Below are positions 12,513 through 25,914 of a DNA stretch of 64,000 nucleotides, one piece after another. The position numbers and the translations under genes were made by a program. Within the stretch, counting starts at the first letter, position 1. Each line of letters starts with the position of its first letter. The notes under the pieces are model-generated. The model was given only the letters and a program-made list of their open reading frames with translations, ran no database searches and was not told where the DNA came from. Source of the DNA: the human T2T-CHM13v2.0 reference genome, Homo sapiens; NCBI RefSeq assembly GCF_009914755.1, contig NC_060932.1; one strand, written 5' to 3'.

Positions 12513-14176
12513 AAAATATAGACTAAGATCAATGTTTTTATAAGACCATTAAATCGTAATAATCCTATATCCAAAAAACGGTTAGCATGAAGAATATGTT
12601 AGTCCTAGGTAACAGAAGTTGTAGAATGTTAATGTTATCATGGAGATGAAGGACGGTAGCATGCTGAGACAAGAATATACGTAAATCACAATCAGTATCT
12701 TTTAATAGGATTATATTGACAGTTTCTACATAGTTACAGAGTTATTACAACATATTCAATATAATTTTGCTCTATTAGCAATGTTTGATGAACAATTATA
12801 TCATGGACATACACAGGTCAATGATGTAACTGTGTTGAGACATTATATTAAGATAAAAATTTGGGACTAGAGAAACACCACAATTACACTTTTTCTTTTC
12901 TAATAGATTGCAGTACAATATATAAATTTCAAAGGAAATGAAAACCCCCTATTAAATCCTTAAACAGGGTCTAATAACCTGACATGTTTGCAAAGTTATG
13001 CTATAATGATTTTTTATAATTAATACCAAATTTAATAAACATTTTTATTTTGTAGACAAATAAGAGGTTTCTAAAAGTAACTGAGTAATGAATTACTCAG
13101 AGGAAATGAGGGAAAGCAGAGGGGGCGATTTATAGGAACATGCATTGTTCCTGAAATTGCTGAGGAAAAGGCATTAGATTCTACAAAAAGACCACATTGA
13201 CACGCTTTTCTTTTAATAACACTAATTTCTTTTTATTTTCTCCAGTGAAGCACTTTGTTTCTGCAGACTGGTGCTTTCTGGTGGTGAAAAGTCCATCTGT
13301 GTTTTTCAGGCACTTTCGCTCGTCTCCCTGGAGAATGCTAATGTAAAGATGTCATTCATGTGCCCAACAATGCCAGTCTTGACGGCTACGATTTCTCACA
13401 TCATGTTCTTCAGAAATATAAAACCCCTTTCAGCCGCCACTTCGTTTTGTGGTCTACTTTCAGGAGCATTTGTACACTGCACTTTCAGATGTTACGCAAT
13501 TATTCGTCACATACACCTCCTGCTCCACCGTTCCTATGGATGATGCTCACATTCCTTTTCCACCAGGGATTCAAGCTCAGGTGACAAACGAGTGCCCACA
13601 TCATCAAAACATTGTGGCAGGACACTTGTCATGGTGTGGAAACGCGGGTGACAGTGTTTATTCCAAAATGAGTTAGCCAAAAGACAAAAAGAGAGAAAGA
13701 AAAAGGAAAGAAAGGCTAAAGAGGTTACTCTTAAGGAATGTTCTTCAACATGATTTCCTTTTTCATGTGGAGAAGGCTTTTGTTTTGTTTTGATTTCCCT
13801 GAAAAATCTCTGTTCCAGCCCAGAGCTGACTAACATGACTGGAGAGAGTCAAGTAAGCCAACCCCTGAGGACAGGAGGGCCAGATCACGTGGGCTTAGGA
13901 CGCCACGGAGAAGGGATCTGTGTCATTTCCTCTGGAAACCCACTGGATCAGCTGGGAAGTGCTGGTTCTCTTGGCAAGACAAGCCTGAGACACATTATCC
14001 CAGCCCGATTTTTACTGCTGACTTTTCATTACCTGTATATACACGATAACACAAAGTTAGGGACCAGAGCAAACATTGGACAAAGCCCATCTTTTTAAAG
14101 GGGAAAGAGCAGAGCAAAACTACGTAGAATCTACAGGTATTTCTTTCCTCTAAGGGACTCTTTGGAAGATGCTAAG

Positions 14177-14562
14177 TGATTGGTTTGGGTCAATGTCCCT
14201 GCCGAAATCTCATGTCCAGTAGTAACCCTGAATATTGGAGGAGGGGCCTGGTGGGAGGTGATTGAATCATGGGCACAGATATTCCCCTTGCTGTTGTCCT
14301 GATAGTGCATGCTAGTGAGTTCTCACAAGACCTGGCTGTTGAAAAGTGCATGACAACTCTCCCTTCACTCTCTTCCTCTTGCTCCAGCCAAGGAAGACAT
14401 GCCTACTTTCCCTTCCACTATGATTGTTTTAAGTTCCCTGAGACCTCCCCAGCCATGCTTCCGGTCCAGCCTACAGAACCGCAGGTCAACTAAATCCCTC
14501 TTTTAAATAAATTGCCCAGTCACAGGTAGTTCTTTAAAGTAACGTGAGAATGGACTAATGCA
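14177..14562 (+). mobile_element. MST (MSTA-like) ERVL-MaLR solo LTR
   Basis: tgattggtttgg...ggggcctggtgggaggtgattgaatcatggg...gagaatggactaatgca; 5-bp TSD ctaag (14172-14176 / 14563-14567). Confidence 0.9.
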
Positions 14563-15058
14563 CTAAGTGCTGTAGCAGAGCGCCTCTGGTTCCAGGCAGA
14601 ACAAATCCAGGATCGTCAGACACTTCAGATTCTCACAAATACCTGGGCTGGATCAGGAAAAGCATCCTGGGGTTCTTCTCAAAATCCAGTGTCATCTGAC
14701 GATGGCTCCACTGGGATGGAAATTGGAAAGCTAATCCAGATAAGACTGAGGAAGTGGCTCCTGTTGTTTCTGGTTCGGGCAAGAGATCCACAACACAATG
14801 CTGTTCTGATGAAGCTACCTCATGAAATCGCCTCTGTGAACTGTGTGGGTTCTGTGTGTGCGTCATCGTACAGCCTCATCAGAGTCTGTTAAAATTTCTC
14901 ACACCTGGACAGGTACACCAGCTGGTAAAGAGAGAGATACTCTCCCTGCGCATCTCAAAGTAGCCCAGGGAGTAGTTTTCATCTTTGCATTATCTTGGGG
15001 ACATTTAAGAAACACTAAAATATTATTTCTGTGTGACTAGTAAGAAGAGATTTTCAAT

Positions 15059-15390
15059 GCTGGGCACGGTGGCTCACGCCTATAATCTCAGCACTGTGGA
15101 AGGCTGAGGCGGGCGGATCACTTGAGCTCAGGAGTTCTAGACCAGCCTGGGCAACATGGTGAAACCCCATGTCTACAGTAGAAACGAAAATTGAATGTTC
15201 CTGGTAGTTCCCGCCTGTGGTCTCAGCTACTCCAGAGGCTAAGGTGGGAGGACTGCTTTACCCTGGGGAGTTCAAGGCTGCAGTGAGCCGTGATCATACC
15301 ACTGCATTCCACCCTCGGCAATACAGCAAGAGCGTGTCTTGAAAATAAAGAAATAAATAAATAACAAAAATAAATACATTTTTAAAGGAA
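15059..15390 (+). mobile_element. AluJ
   Basis: gatcacttgagctcaggagtt, ggagttcaaggctgcagtgagccgtgatc (J diagnostics); degenerate TSD aagaa...ttttcaa. Confidence 0.9.
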
Positions 15391-16094
15391 AAGAAAATGT
15401 TTTCAAGAGTTCTCAGATTGTCACGTCAAATTCACATGTGCTTATTATTATAACAGGTTGGGAGCCATACACAGCAAAAATAAAAGCAAAATTTTATTTT
15501 ATATAAAAGTGTAGATGCTAATCTTATAGAGACAATCAAATTATTCACATAGTTTGGAACTATGGAAATTATGGCATCTTTATGGTGAGGGAAAATCTTC
15601 TTTGTATGCATTTCAAATGGATTACATCCATCCAAACTTTATAAAACACAATGTATATATATTACTTCTTTACAGTTTCTATTTACATAAAAAACTTGCA
15701 TTAGGAATGTGTTTGGGAATTTTAGATATATTGAAAAATTGTAGCATCTGAAAAAGGAAAATAATATCTCATCGTGTTCTTCATTTTATTATTACCAAAT
15801 ATTTTAATTTTCAAACTGTTTAATTATTAATTTGCAGAAAAGGTATTAGTTTCCCTTTACTCTCCTTCCACCTTGCCACCCAGCCCTGCCCTCTGTATTT
15901 CTGGCAATCTAGATTAAACCTCCTGCATTTTTTGCTTTCTTAGGTCTTTTCTGTTTGTCCATTTGCCAAACCCTGGCGGCTTCTTTCAGAGCTCTGTTCT
16001 CCCACGACCTTCCTCTCCTTCACTTTCTCTGAAACTTCAAAGTTTGGCTGGTTCTCTTTTCTCTCAGATTGGCCTTCCTCTCCCTTTGCTGACT

Positions 16095-18715
16095 TTGAAA
16101 TTTGTAAGGTAAATTAACTGAAGACTAATTTCCAAAAAGTAAACCACCCGTTTTAGGTGAACGGGTCCATGAGTCGTGAAAGTTATGTCACACATAACCA
16201 TGAGTAACCCATAACCATGAGAGATTCAAACTCCACAGCTAACACACAAGCATTCCCAGCACACTGATAAGATCCTCTTGCTCCTCTGTGGTCAGCCCTC
16301 TCCCCCAGAGGGTGGCAGCTGGTTATCAGTGATATGATTTCCATCTCTGTAGCTTTGCCTTTCCCAGGTCATATTAATAGAATCATACAGTGTGCATGCA
16401 GCCTTTTGCAATGGCTTATTCCACGTTAGCATAACGCATTCAAGGTCCACCCACGCTGTTGCATGGATCCATAATCTATTCCTCTTTGTTCTGAGTAGTG
16501 CTCTATGGTATGAATATTAAACAATGTGGTTACCATTTGCATATTAATATTTGTGTTTGTTTTCCATTTATTAGCAAATATAAAGTTGCTGTAAATATTT
16601 ATGTAAAAGTCTTCCTGTAGACATGTTTTCATTTATCTTGAGTAATTACCTAGGAAGACCTTGCAGGATTGTATAGTAGGTATATATTTTACTTTACAAG
16701 AATGACCCAAATGTTTGCCAACATGACCGTGCCACTCTGCGTTCCTATTAGGAATATGTAATATTGCATGAACTCTGCATCGGCAGCAGCACTTGTTGTT
16801 GTCATTTTTTTTGTTTTTGCTTTAAGCCATAGTAACTGGCACATAGGACAATCTCATTTTGCTTCTAGGTAACGTTTCTGTGGTGACTGGGGGGCGCTGA
16901 GCATCTTCTGATGTGCCTGTCATACAGCACATCCTGGGATGCAGAATAATGACCTCCCAAGGATGTCTAAGTCCTACTTCCTGGAAACTGTGAATATATT
17001 ATTTAATGTGGTGGAGGGGAATCAAGGTAACAGATGGAATCACGGTTGCTAATAAGCTAACCTTAGAATAGAAAGATGATTTTGGAATAGCCAGATGGGC
17101 CCAATATAATCAGAGAGGGCTTTTAACATGGAAGAGGGAGGCAGAGTCAGTGTGAAAGTGAGTCAACATGATAAGGACTCAATCAGCAACTACTGGTTTG
17201 AAGAGGAAACAGCACAGGAGACAAGCAATGTGGGCAGCCTCTAGAAGCTGTGAGAGGCAAAAAGGTGAATTTTTACTAAGACCCTCCAGAACGGAACAGA
17301 ATCCTGATAATACTTTGATTTTTGACCAATTTTGGACTTCTGACTTCTAAAACTGTAAAATAACAAATTTATGCTGTTTCAAACCAATAATATTGTGGTA
17401 ACTTATTATATAAGCAACAGGAAAATAGTAAATAATCCATAACTGTAATTAAACAAAGTGTCCAAATATTTTTTATTTTAAAATGTGCTGTTTTCTTACT
17501 GAGATTTGAGAGTTCTTCATACAGTCAAGTCCTTCATCAGATATGTATTTTGCAAAAACGTTCTCACATTCTGTAGTCTATCTTTTCATTTTCTTAACGG
17601 TGTGTTTTGAAGAGCAGAACTTTATAATTTTGATGAAGTCTGATTTATCAAACTCCTATTTTAGTGCTCCTGCTTTTTGTGTGTTACCTAATTAAAAAAA
17701 AAGTTCTTTGCCTCAATTTGTGAAGCATTTATAAAATTTTTATGTAATTTTTATTCCTTTAGTTTATATATGTAAGTATATCAATCATTTTGAGTTAACT
17801 TTTGTGTATAATGTGAGATATAAGTAAATTTTTTAAACTTCTACATGTACAGGTCCAGTTATTACAGAATCCTTTGGTGAAAAGACTATTTTTTCTCCAT
17901 TGTGTTACCTTGTCCCCTTTCTCAAATATTGTTCGGCCACATATATGTAGGCCTATTTGTGGACTCTATTTTGTTCCATAGATTATATCTATCTATCTAT
18001 CATGTTTTCCAATACCACAGTCTTGATTACTGTAGCATGAAAAGAAATCTTGAAATCAGAGTGTGTTAGTGATCCAATTTAGTGCTTCTTTCTTAAAATT
18101 GTCTTGGCCATTCTAGATTCTCTGCTTTTCTGCAAACATTCGAGAGTGAATTTGTCCTTTTCTTCAAAATGCCTGCTGATATTTTGATTTGGATTGCATT
18201 GAATCCAGAGAACAATTTAGAAAAAAAAAAAGAAACTGATGTCTTAATAATATGAAGTACTCCAATTCATGAACATGATATACCCTCCTTTTATGTAGGT
18301 CTTTTTAAAATTTTCCTATATTAGTGTATTGTAGTTCAAAATTCAGATTTTTATATATTTTCTTGGATTGTCCCTGAGTACTTTATGTATTGGAACGCTA
18401 TTGCATATGGGATTAAAAAAATACAAATTCTAATTTTCTTCAGTGATTGTTGGTTAAAGAAATTCAATGGATTTTTAAAATATTGACCTTAAATCACATG
18501 GCATTATTAAACTCTTTTGGTTTCAGTAACATTCTTGTATATTGCTTAGAATTTTTCTACATAGACTATGTCCTTTGTGAATAAAGATAATCTTATTTTA
18601 TCCTTCCAATTTGTAAACCTTTTATAGCTTTTTCTTGCCTTAATGCACGGCTAAAACTGCTAATGGAATTGAATAGCAGTGGTTAGAGTGGCCATCTTTG
18701 CCTGGTTCACACATA
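16095..18715 (-). mobile_element. Old L1 (L1ME/MD type) ORF2 and 3'UTR, interrupted by MLT1
   Basis: ttagcataacgcattcaaggtccacccacgctgttgcatg; ccaataccacagtcttgattactgtagc; ttgatttggattgcattgaatc (antisense L1 hallmarks). Confidence 0.8.
16935..17432 (+). mobile_element. MLT1D-like ERVL-MaLR solo LTR nested in L1
   Basis: gcagaataatgacctcccaaggatgtc...gcagcctctagaagctg...ttggacttctgacttctaaaactgtaa...gcaacaggaaaatagt. Confidence 0.85.
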
Positions 18716-19176
18716 CGTCTTTGAAACAATTCTTTTACCTGCCATTGCATTTGTTAAAAATCTACAATATTTTCGACTCCATTTTTTAAGCTATAGCGAT
18801 TCTACATGAAATACCTCATCTCTTATTTTGTAACATTAACACGTATTAATTTGACCTAATCTTATTCTACCTTGCACGTGCAGCTTTTAGCAGATATTGC
18901 CTCGTATCAAACTCAATGAGTTTTCTGAAGTTTAATCAACTGCACTGCCATGGATTTGAGTATAATAACTTCTGTTATGGCTTCTGATCCTTCCAACTTT
19001 GATAATGGGGCATTCCGTTGAAAAGCCCAAACCACAAACCCAAATCTCATCCACGTTTGTAGGCTTTTCCATTTTGTAACTTAGCTTTCTTGGATGATCA
19101 CAGCACTGTCATTGGTAGGGGTTCTTGGGCTGCCTTGAACCCTCGTCTCTAGCCACTGCCACACACAGCACTCTAA

Positions 19177-19486
<310 letters not shown>

Positions 19487-22400
19487 AATAAAACATTACC
19501 AGTTTGCCTACAACCTCTCTCTAGATAGTTTTCCATTTCCAGTGTTCTCTTCCTTAATCCCTCAATGAAGTGCTCAACATTCTCCATGATTTCTTCTCTA
19601 CATCTGTTATCCTCTCTCTACCATGTTTATCTCTGTATTTTCTATTAAATTCAGGTTGAATCTGTTTCCTCAGATCTCTGAAGCTTTATTTTATTCTCTT
19701 TTTCTAATTCATCTATTATTTCTGAACTAGTGTTAGCTTTATTTCTAATTTGGTTTCTTAGGTGTCTAATCTTCCTTTTAATCTCACTCATTTCCTTTGA
19801 AATATTACTTTCATCTTATATTTCACAGAATTTACACAGCTCTTAATTTTTACAGACTTATAAAGCTTTACTTCAGCTTTAAAAAATCTGCATTTGGCAT
19901 GTGTTTTCTCCCTATTTCCTTCTTCGCTTCCTTTAGGGCTGGGATGTGAATACTTTGCCTTCTCTTGCTGTCTCTCTTGCTTTTAGTTCCCTTAATGGGA
20001 CAGAGATGGGGGCTAGACATATTTACTACTGATTTTTACCTCTGTTATCGTTTATATTTATTCACTAAAAATCCTTACAAGAAGTTAGCTCTACCCAGAA
20101 GGTACACTCCAATTGGTAATTCCTCCAATCCGTATTTCTCGATGAGATTTTTGGTAATCATACAAATGATTTCTCCTCATTTGAGAAAATAGTTGTAGTT
20201 TTGTTTTTCTAGTTCCTGAGGAACAACTACTTGGAACTCAGGATGTGGACAAACGTATCTAGTCATCTTTCCTTTCTGCCTACCCACTTCTTCCAAATTG
20301 ACACATATCAATGAGAATTTTCAGAGATTTTTTTACCCATCTCCAGAGAAGCACTCTGGAAGCATTAGGGTAGCTACTAAGTATTTCTGTTTAGAAACTT
20401 TTTTTAACCTTCCAACAAAGTTCTTAACATTTTATAGTATGAAGCTGTTGGTTTTTTGCTAACTTGAATATTTCTGCTGTTTCTTTTCTTAAACCCTCTT
20501 TACATAGTTTTATTCACCTTCTTAGGGTCAGAGGTGGGGGGTACTGCAAATATTTTTCTAGAAGGAGAATGATTTAAGTAGCAATATTTGGAAAGACATC
20601 CAAGAAGAATGGTTTCTTAGCCAAATCACAGAACTCCTCAGGTTTCTGGACTTCTAGAACTGCTGAAAGGTGCAGAGCCCCAGTGTGCTATACTCCTTTA
20701 TTTTTGAAAGTCATGAGTTTCATGTTTTATGAGGATTGGAGCTGCTGAGCTGAAGATCTATTAACACTAGTGAAGTGTTGCTCCAGAACAAATGAACTCA
20801 ACCATCTGAACCCTGCTAGGAGAAACTCTGTAGAAAGGGAAGCTGGTTTGGTGCCCCCACGTCCACAAGTGTAAGATAGGGCAAACTTTCTGATTAGGGT
20901 AGGGTTAGAAATATAGTTTTTCATCTCCTACACTCACATTAATTTTTGCAAACTAAAGTCCCTCCATGTATATTTCTGCTATGCCTTCTCTCATGTTCTT
21001 TGTGTGGATAATGTAGAAGAGGCATGGCCTTTAGTCTCCTGGAAGCTCTCATTTGCCTCTTTTGATGGTTTTTGTGGCCTTGGCCCTAGGGAATAGCTGA
21101 CTTTGTCTTATTTATGACCGTGTCAAGATTGTGGCTAATAATGAAATACATGTTCTCCTAATAAGTGAAGTCATGGGAAAGAAAATGTGTGTTTTGGATA
21201 GTCAAGGAGCAAACATGTGTGTCCTGTGAGCTAGATACGTGGTGGTCTTTTAACTACTCCCACTTGAATTCATTATTATAATTAAAAGTGCTAACTGCAA
21301 GGGATACTGTGTCTTATATTCTGATCGTTACCCTTAATATAAAAATAAAGCACATCTTTGCTATAGGCAGTTCTGTATGACATGCATTTTGATAATATCA
21401 CTATGCAAATGTTACCTGCTATAATATAAAATGTTCATCCAAATATTACTATGATAGGTTTGATAGGATTCACGTCTCTTAAGGCAGACCAGAAAAAAAT
21501 AGTTGGCTCTAAGTGGTTGAGAAATACAAGTACACAAAAATTTATAATATAAAGAAAAAAATAATTTGTTTCATGTGCTCAGATGAAAGTCATACTCTTT
21601 TCTTAGAAGAGCAAAAGAACGTGTTTGTGTTTGGTGGTGGCATGTTTTGATGGGGGTACTTTAACAAGGAAATTTTAGTGACAAGGATAGCTTTATTAAT
21701 TGAGCAGTCATATAACAAACAGTCATATGACATCCATGCTATCTCCTGACTACAGCTTTATCAAGAAGCTCCTTAAGCTTGCCTACATTGGCTGCTGTTT
21801 TATCCACTAATAATTCTCAACACAGTCATTGCAAATATTACAAAGCAGAACCCTGCTGGTTTGAATCTGTGGCTTGAAAAACTAGCTGCATTTGCACTCA
21901 GTATTCTCTCTTCAAATCCTGCGGCATGATTTATGTACCTATGATGCTTAGTATTCCATTCCTCTTAGTAGTTTCCTTTCAAGATGAAGTATTCAATCCT
22001 TTTACCATTGAAGTCATTAGATAATTTCTTGGTGACTATTAGGGCAGGTTACTGAATGGGCCCTAGGGAAACGCTAACATGGCAATTCTTTATTCTTGTT
22101 TTTTAAACCTAATTGATGCTGTTTATCTACTTAAAAAAAATTACAGACCCAAGTCTGTTTGTGTAATCAACTAGAAACTCTTCATGAGGAGAAAAATTAA
22201 CATTTGGCAGACAAGTTTATTGTGATAATTCTGGAAGCACGACAGAAAAGCCACTGTTCTGGAATAATAGCAGTGATGTCGGCAAAGTGTGACTGGCCAG
22301 CTTCCAAATAAGCATCACTTTTTCCTCTCCACGTGAATTCACCAGACACTTTGAATAGTCTCAAACAACGTTATCTTCAACAGTTCCTCTCTCAGCACAG

Positions 22401-22495
22401 AGAGCTTCAACTAAAACGTTTTAAAATGGAACTGTTTTCATGATTCAGTTTATAGATTTATTTTTTCTTACCTCAAAATATGGGTCAGAAAGTAT

Positions 22496-22537
22496 TGCTT
22501 GTGTGTGTGTGTGTGCTTGTGTGTGTGTGCTTGCACG
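22496..22537. repeat. Interrupted (TG)n microsatellite
   Basis: tgcttgtgtgtgtgtgtgtgcttgtgtgtgtgtgcttgc. Confidence 0.9.
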
Positions 22538-23471
22538 CTCACAAGCATGCCTGCTTTCCTCCAGGAGGCTCTCAGCCTGAAGGAGCCAGCGAAAAACTTA
22601 CGTTTGAGGAGTTTCATTTATGCTTCATCTTTTTAAATTATCTTAAAAACGAGAAGATAGAAACCCTCCACTAAGTTGCCAAGCATGCCAGTGGAGTGGG
22701 TCAGCTTTCTCAGTAGGGAGCAGCACCTCGCCGAGGTAGGCAGTGTTTTGCTTTCTCAGAACATCCAGCATGGTTTGGGTGGCTTACTGAGAGCATGACA
22801 GTGATGACACCAAGGCAGTCCTGTACCTTTTGTTGAAAGATAGAGTTTCCTTTAAGAATTCGGCTTTCTACAGTGACAGGACCTGGTCACTGATCTTCCC
22901 ATTGCATGAGGCTCTCACACAGTGAAATACCTGCTGGCTTCCATTTGCCAAGTGTCCTGGAACCTCAGGAAGAGAGGACAATGGCAGCTGCAGAGAAGGT
23001 TATATGTGCACAGGTCACAGGACACATATCAGGAAGCTTTTGATCTCTTGTGCTCTCCCAAATGAAAACTTCTCTAGAACTTCATTTCTCAACCTAGGGT
23101 AAAAGGTGAGATGGGTTGGATGCTGACTTGAAGTAACTGTAAAGAGACTTAGAGCCTGTTCACATTCTCACACTTTGAAGTATGGGCAGAAAATATCTGT
23201 AGTGTATGTAAAATAACCCATTTTCTCAATGAGAAAAGAGGGAGAATAATTCCTTTTAGATTACTGATGAAAAAAAGCTTTAATAAGGATCTTTGGTGAA
23301 ATATGCACCTATAATGTAAACAACCAATCACAGAAAGTGTAAGACTATTGCTGATTCCCTACTGTAAATAAAATGTGCTACGTATGCAGAAAAATTAAAA
23401 AGAATAAAATAACAAATAATGCCAGGTGCTTGAAAAAGTTTTGGGAGAAAGGGGAGAAAGGAAGTAAGACT

Positions 23472-23894
23472 GTGCACACACATGCACACATGGTGACACA
23501 ACACACGCACTCTCATACAGTGACATACCCAGTCACATGCATACATGGTGACATGACACACATACTTACACTCACATGCATGGTAACAAAACACACACAC
23601 ACACTCCCGTATGTAGTGACGTACACATATGCATGCATACATGGTAACATGGAGCACACCGAAACATGAGACAACAAACACATTCACAAACATGGCGACA
23701 TACACATGCATACATGGTGACACGGCACACATACATAACACACACGTTTCCATAGTGGCATACACATATGCATGCATACATGGTGACATGGCACACACGC
23801 ACACGGTGACACAACACACACACAAACATGCTGACATGGCACACACACACAAGGTGAAACAACACACAAGCATGGTGACATGGCACACACACAT
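23472..23894. repeat. Degenerate CA-rich minisatellite with CATGGTGACA core
   Basis: About 15 copies of catggtgaca or close variants separated by (CA)n or catgcata spacers. Confidence 0.9.
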
Positions 23895-24489
23895 CTGTAG
23901 CAAACTGAGGACATTGAGGGGAAAAAGGGATTCTATGGAAGGAAAAAGAAAGAAAGAAAAGACATTTATCAGGTACAATGTTAAAATTTATGCCAAATGT
24001 TTATTTAAAAAAACTTTTTGTAAGAGTCCCTTATGAATTCTCATGAAAAAGTCACAAAAACTATTAAAACGCATAAAATGCAAGACCCAAAGACTCCAGG
24101 GCAAAGTTAGTTTTACAGATCATCCTTTGAAAGGGTTTAGCATGCTGTCTAAAGGTGACCTGCTGCCATCTGTAAGGATTATCCTCCTTTCCAACCTAGG
24201 GCCCAGAGGTGTTGAGGCACACTTGATATCATTGGCCACATTATCTAAAACCTCAGGAAATGATTGCTATGTGTTTCGTTGGAAGAGTTTCCTACAAAAC
24301 AGCTCTCAGTTAGTTCCCCTTTAATATCTAGCACCTACTTTCTACCTTGTGCTTGGGGGAAACTCTGGGGGCAATTCACAGACTACCTCTATTCTAGGAA
24401 TCATGCTTTGTGGTTCTAGTCCTCATTTACATCAACTCTGCTAATGCTTCCTCAACATTTTCCCCCAAGAAAACCTACAGCTGGTCAAT

Positions 24490-24828
24490 TAAATCTTGAC
24501 GACATAATGCTAAGTGTAAGAAGCCAGTCACAAAAGGTCACACATTGTATGATTAAGTTTGTATGAAGTGTTCAGAATACATATATCCACAGAGACTAAA
24601 AGCAATTGAGTGCTTGCCAGGGACTGCCCGTGATGGAAGTGAGGGGCTGGGGAATGGTAATGATTGCTGAAAGATACAGGGTTTGGGAGGATAGATAAAA
24701 AGCCCTAAAATTAATAAAGGAGGTGATTGCACACCTCTGTGAATATATTAAAAACCATCGAATTGTGCACTATACAGAGGCAAATCTTACGGTATGAGAA
24801 GTATATCTCAATAAAGCTATTATTAAAA
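24490..24828 (+). mobile_element. L1MB-type 3'UTR fragment
   Basis: atgctaagtgtaagaagccagtcacaaaagg...gtgaatatattaaaaaccatcgaattgt...tatatctcaataaagct. Confidence 0.8.
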
Positions 24829-25084
24829 TTCTAAATGGAGACTTTCTCACTTATATGCATTATTCTCTTTATATAAACCAGATTCAAACATTGGCCATCT
24901 CACAGCAGATGTCCACTGGAACCATAGATGAGGTGGGAAAATCGATCTAATGGTCAGACCTCAAAATTTTGGCCATACAATTATTTGTTCACTGGAGGGG
25001 TTGGACCTAGTGGTCCTGAGTTGAAAAAAGCGGGAGGTTATGTTGAGTCTGGCATGTGCAGGGCACAGGGATGGACCTGGATTG

Positions 25085-25209
25085 AGGCTGAAAAAAATGC
25101 TAAGGAAGGTAAACGCAAGTGGAAATAGATAGGTTGATGCCAGGATAGGTTGAAAAAAAGTTCTGAAGAAGGTAAAGGCAAGTGGAAACAGGTAGGGTGA
25201 TGCCAGGAT
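25085..25209. repeat. Tandem duplication, 2 x ~62 bp
   Basis: 25085-25146 vs 25147-25209, about 9 differences in 63 by manual alignment. Confidence 0.9.
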
Positions 25210-25539
25210 GGGAAGGTCTCAAACACCTGGCAGAGGAGGCTGTGTGTATAAATGCTCAAAGGGAATGAGGGAACAGTACGTACTCAGTAAAATCAGCAGG
25301 AGAGGAGCAACTTGACCATAATAGTATTGAACAAAGATGTACCACTAACCGTTCTGGTACTTGAAGCTTTGGTGCAAATCAGGAACACCAAGGAGACAAA
25401 TAATAGTGTTTGGTAAAACAAACAAAACAGAACAACAATAACAACAACAAAAACAAACCCTAATATATGGAATGTAGAAGAGAGTAGTGCAAATACATAT
25501 AGAAGAAAATGCAAGGTTTCCTGGCCTAGAGTATCAGCA

Positions 25540-25914
25540 TGCTATAGATTGAATCGTGTCCCCCTCCAAAATTCATGTGTTAAAGTGCTAAGCCCCCAAT
25601 GTGATATCTGGAGGTGGGGCATTTAGGAGGTGATTAGCTTTACATGACGTTAGAAGGTGGAGACTCTCATGATGGCATTAGTCCCTTTATAAGAAGAGAT
25701 GCTAGAGAGGCTGCTTCCTCATTCTCCTCCATGAGAGGACACGGTGAGGAGGCAGCTGTCTCCAAACCAAGAAGAGAGCCTTCCCCAGGGAACTAAACTG
25801 GCTGCACCTTAGTGTTGGACGCACAGGGCTCCAGAACTGCGAGGAATAAATTCTTGTTGTTTAAGCCACCCAATCCATGGTATTTTGTTATGGCAGCCTG
25901 AGCTGACTAACACA
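25540..25914 (+). mobile_element. MLT1A-type ERVL-MaLR solo LTR
   Basis: tgctatagattgaatcgtgtcccc...aataaattcttgttgtttaagccacc...ttgttatggcagcctgagctgactaacaca. Confidence 0.88.

Noticed and set aside
23472-23894. CRISPR-like repeat/spacer appearance
   Set aside because: The repeats are only ~10 bp and degenerate, the spacers are CA low-complexity, the context is primate and there are no cas genes.
23328-24036. Longest ORFs (216 aa Cys/Val-rich; 135 aa His/Thr-rich)
   Set aside because: They are translations of the CA/TG minisatellite, which lacks stops by composition.
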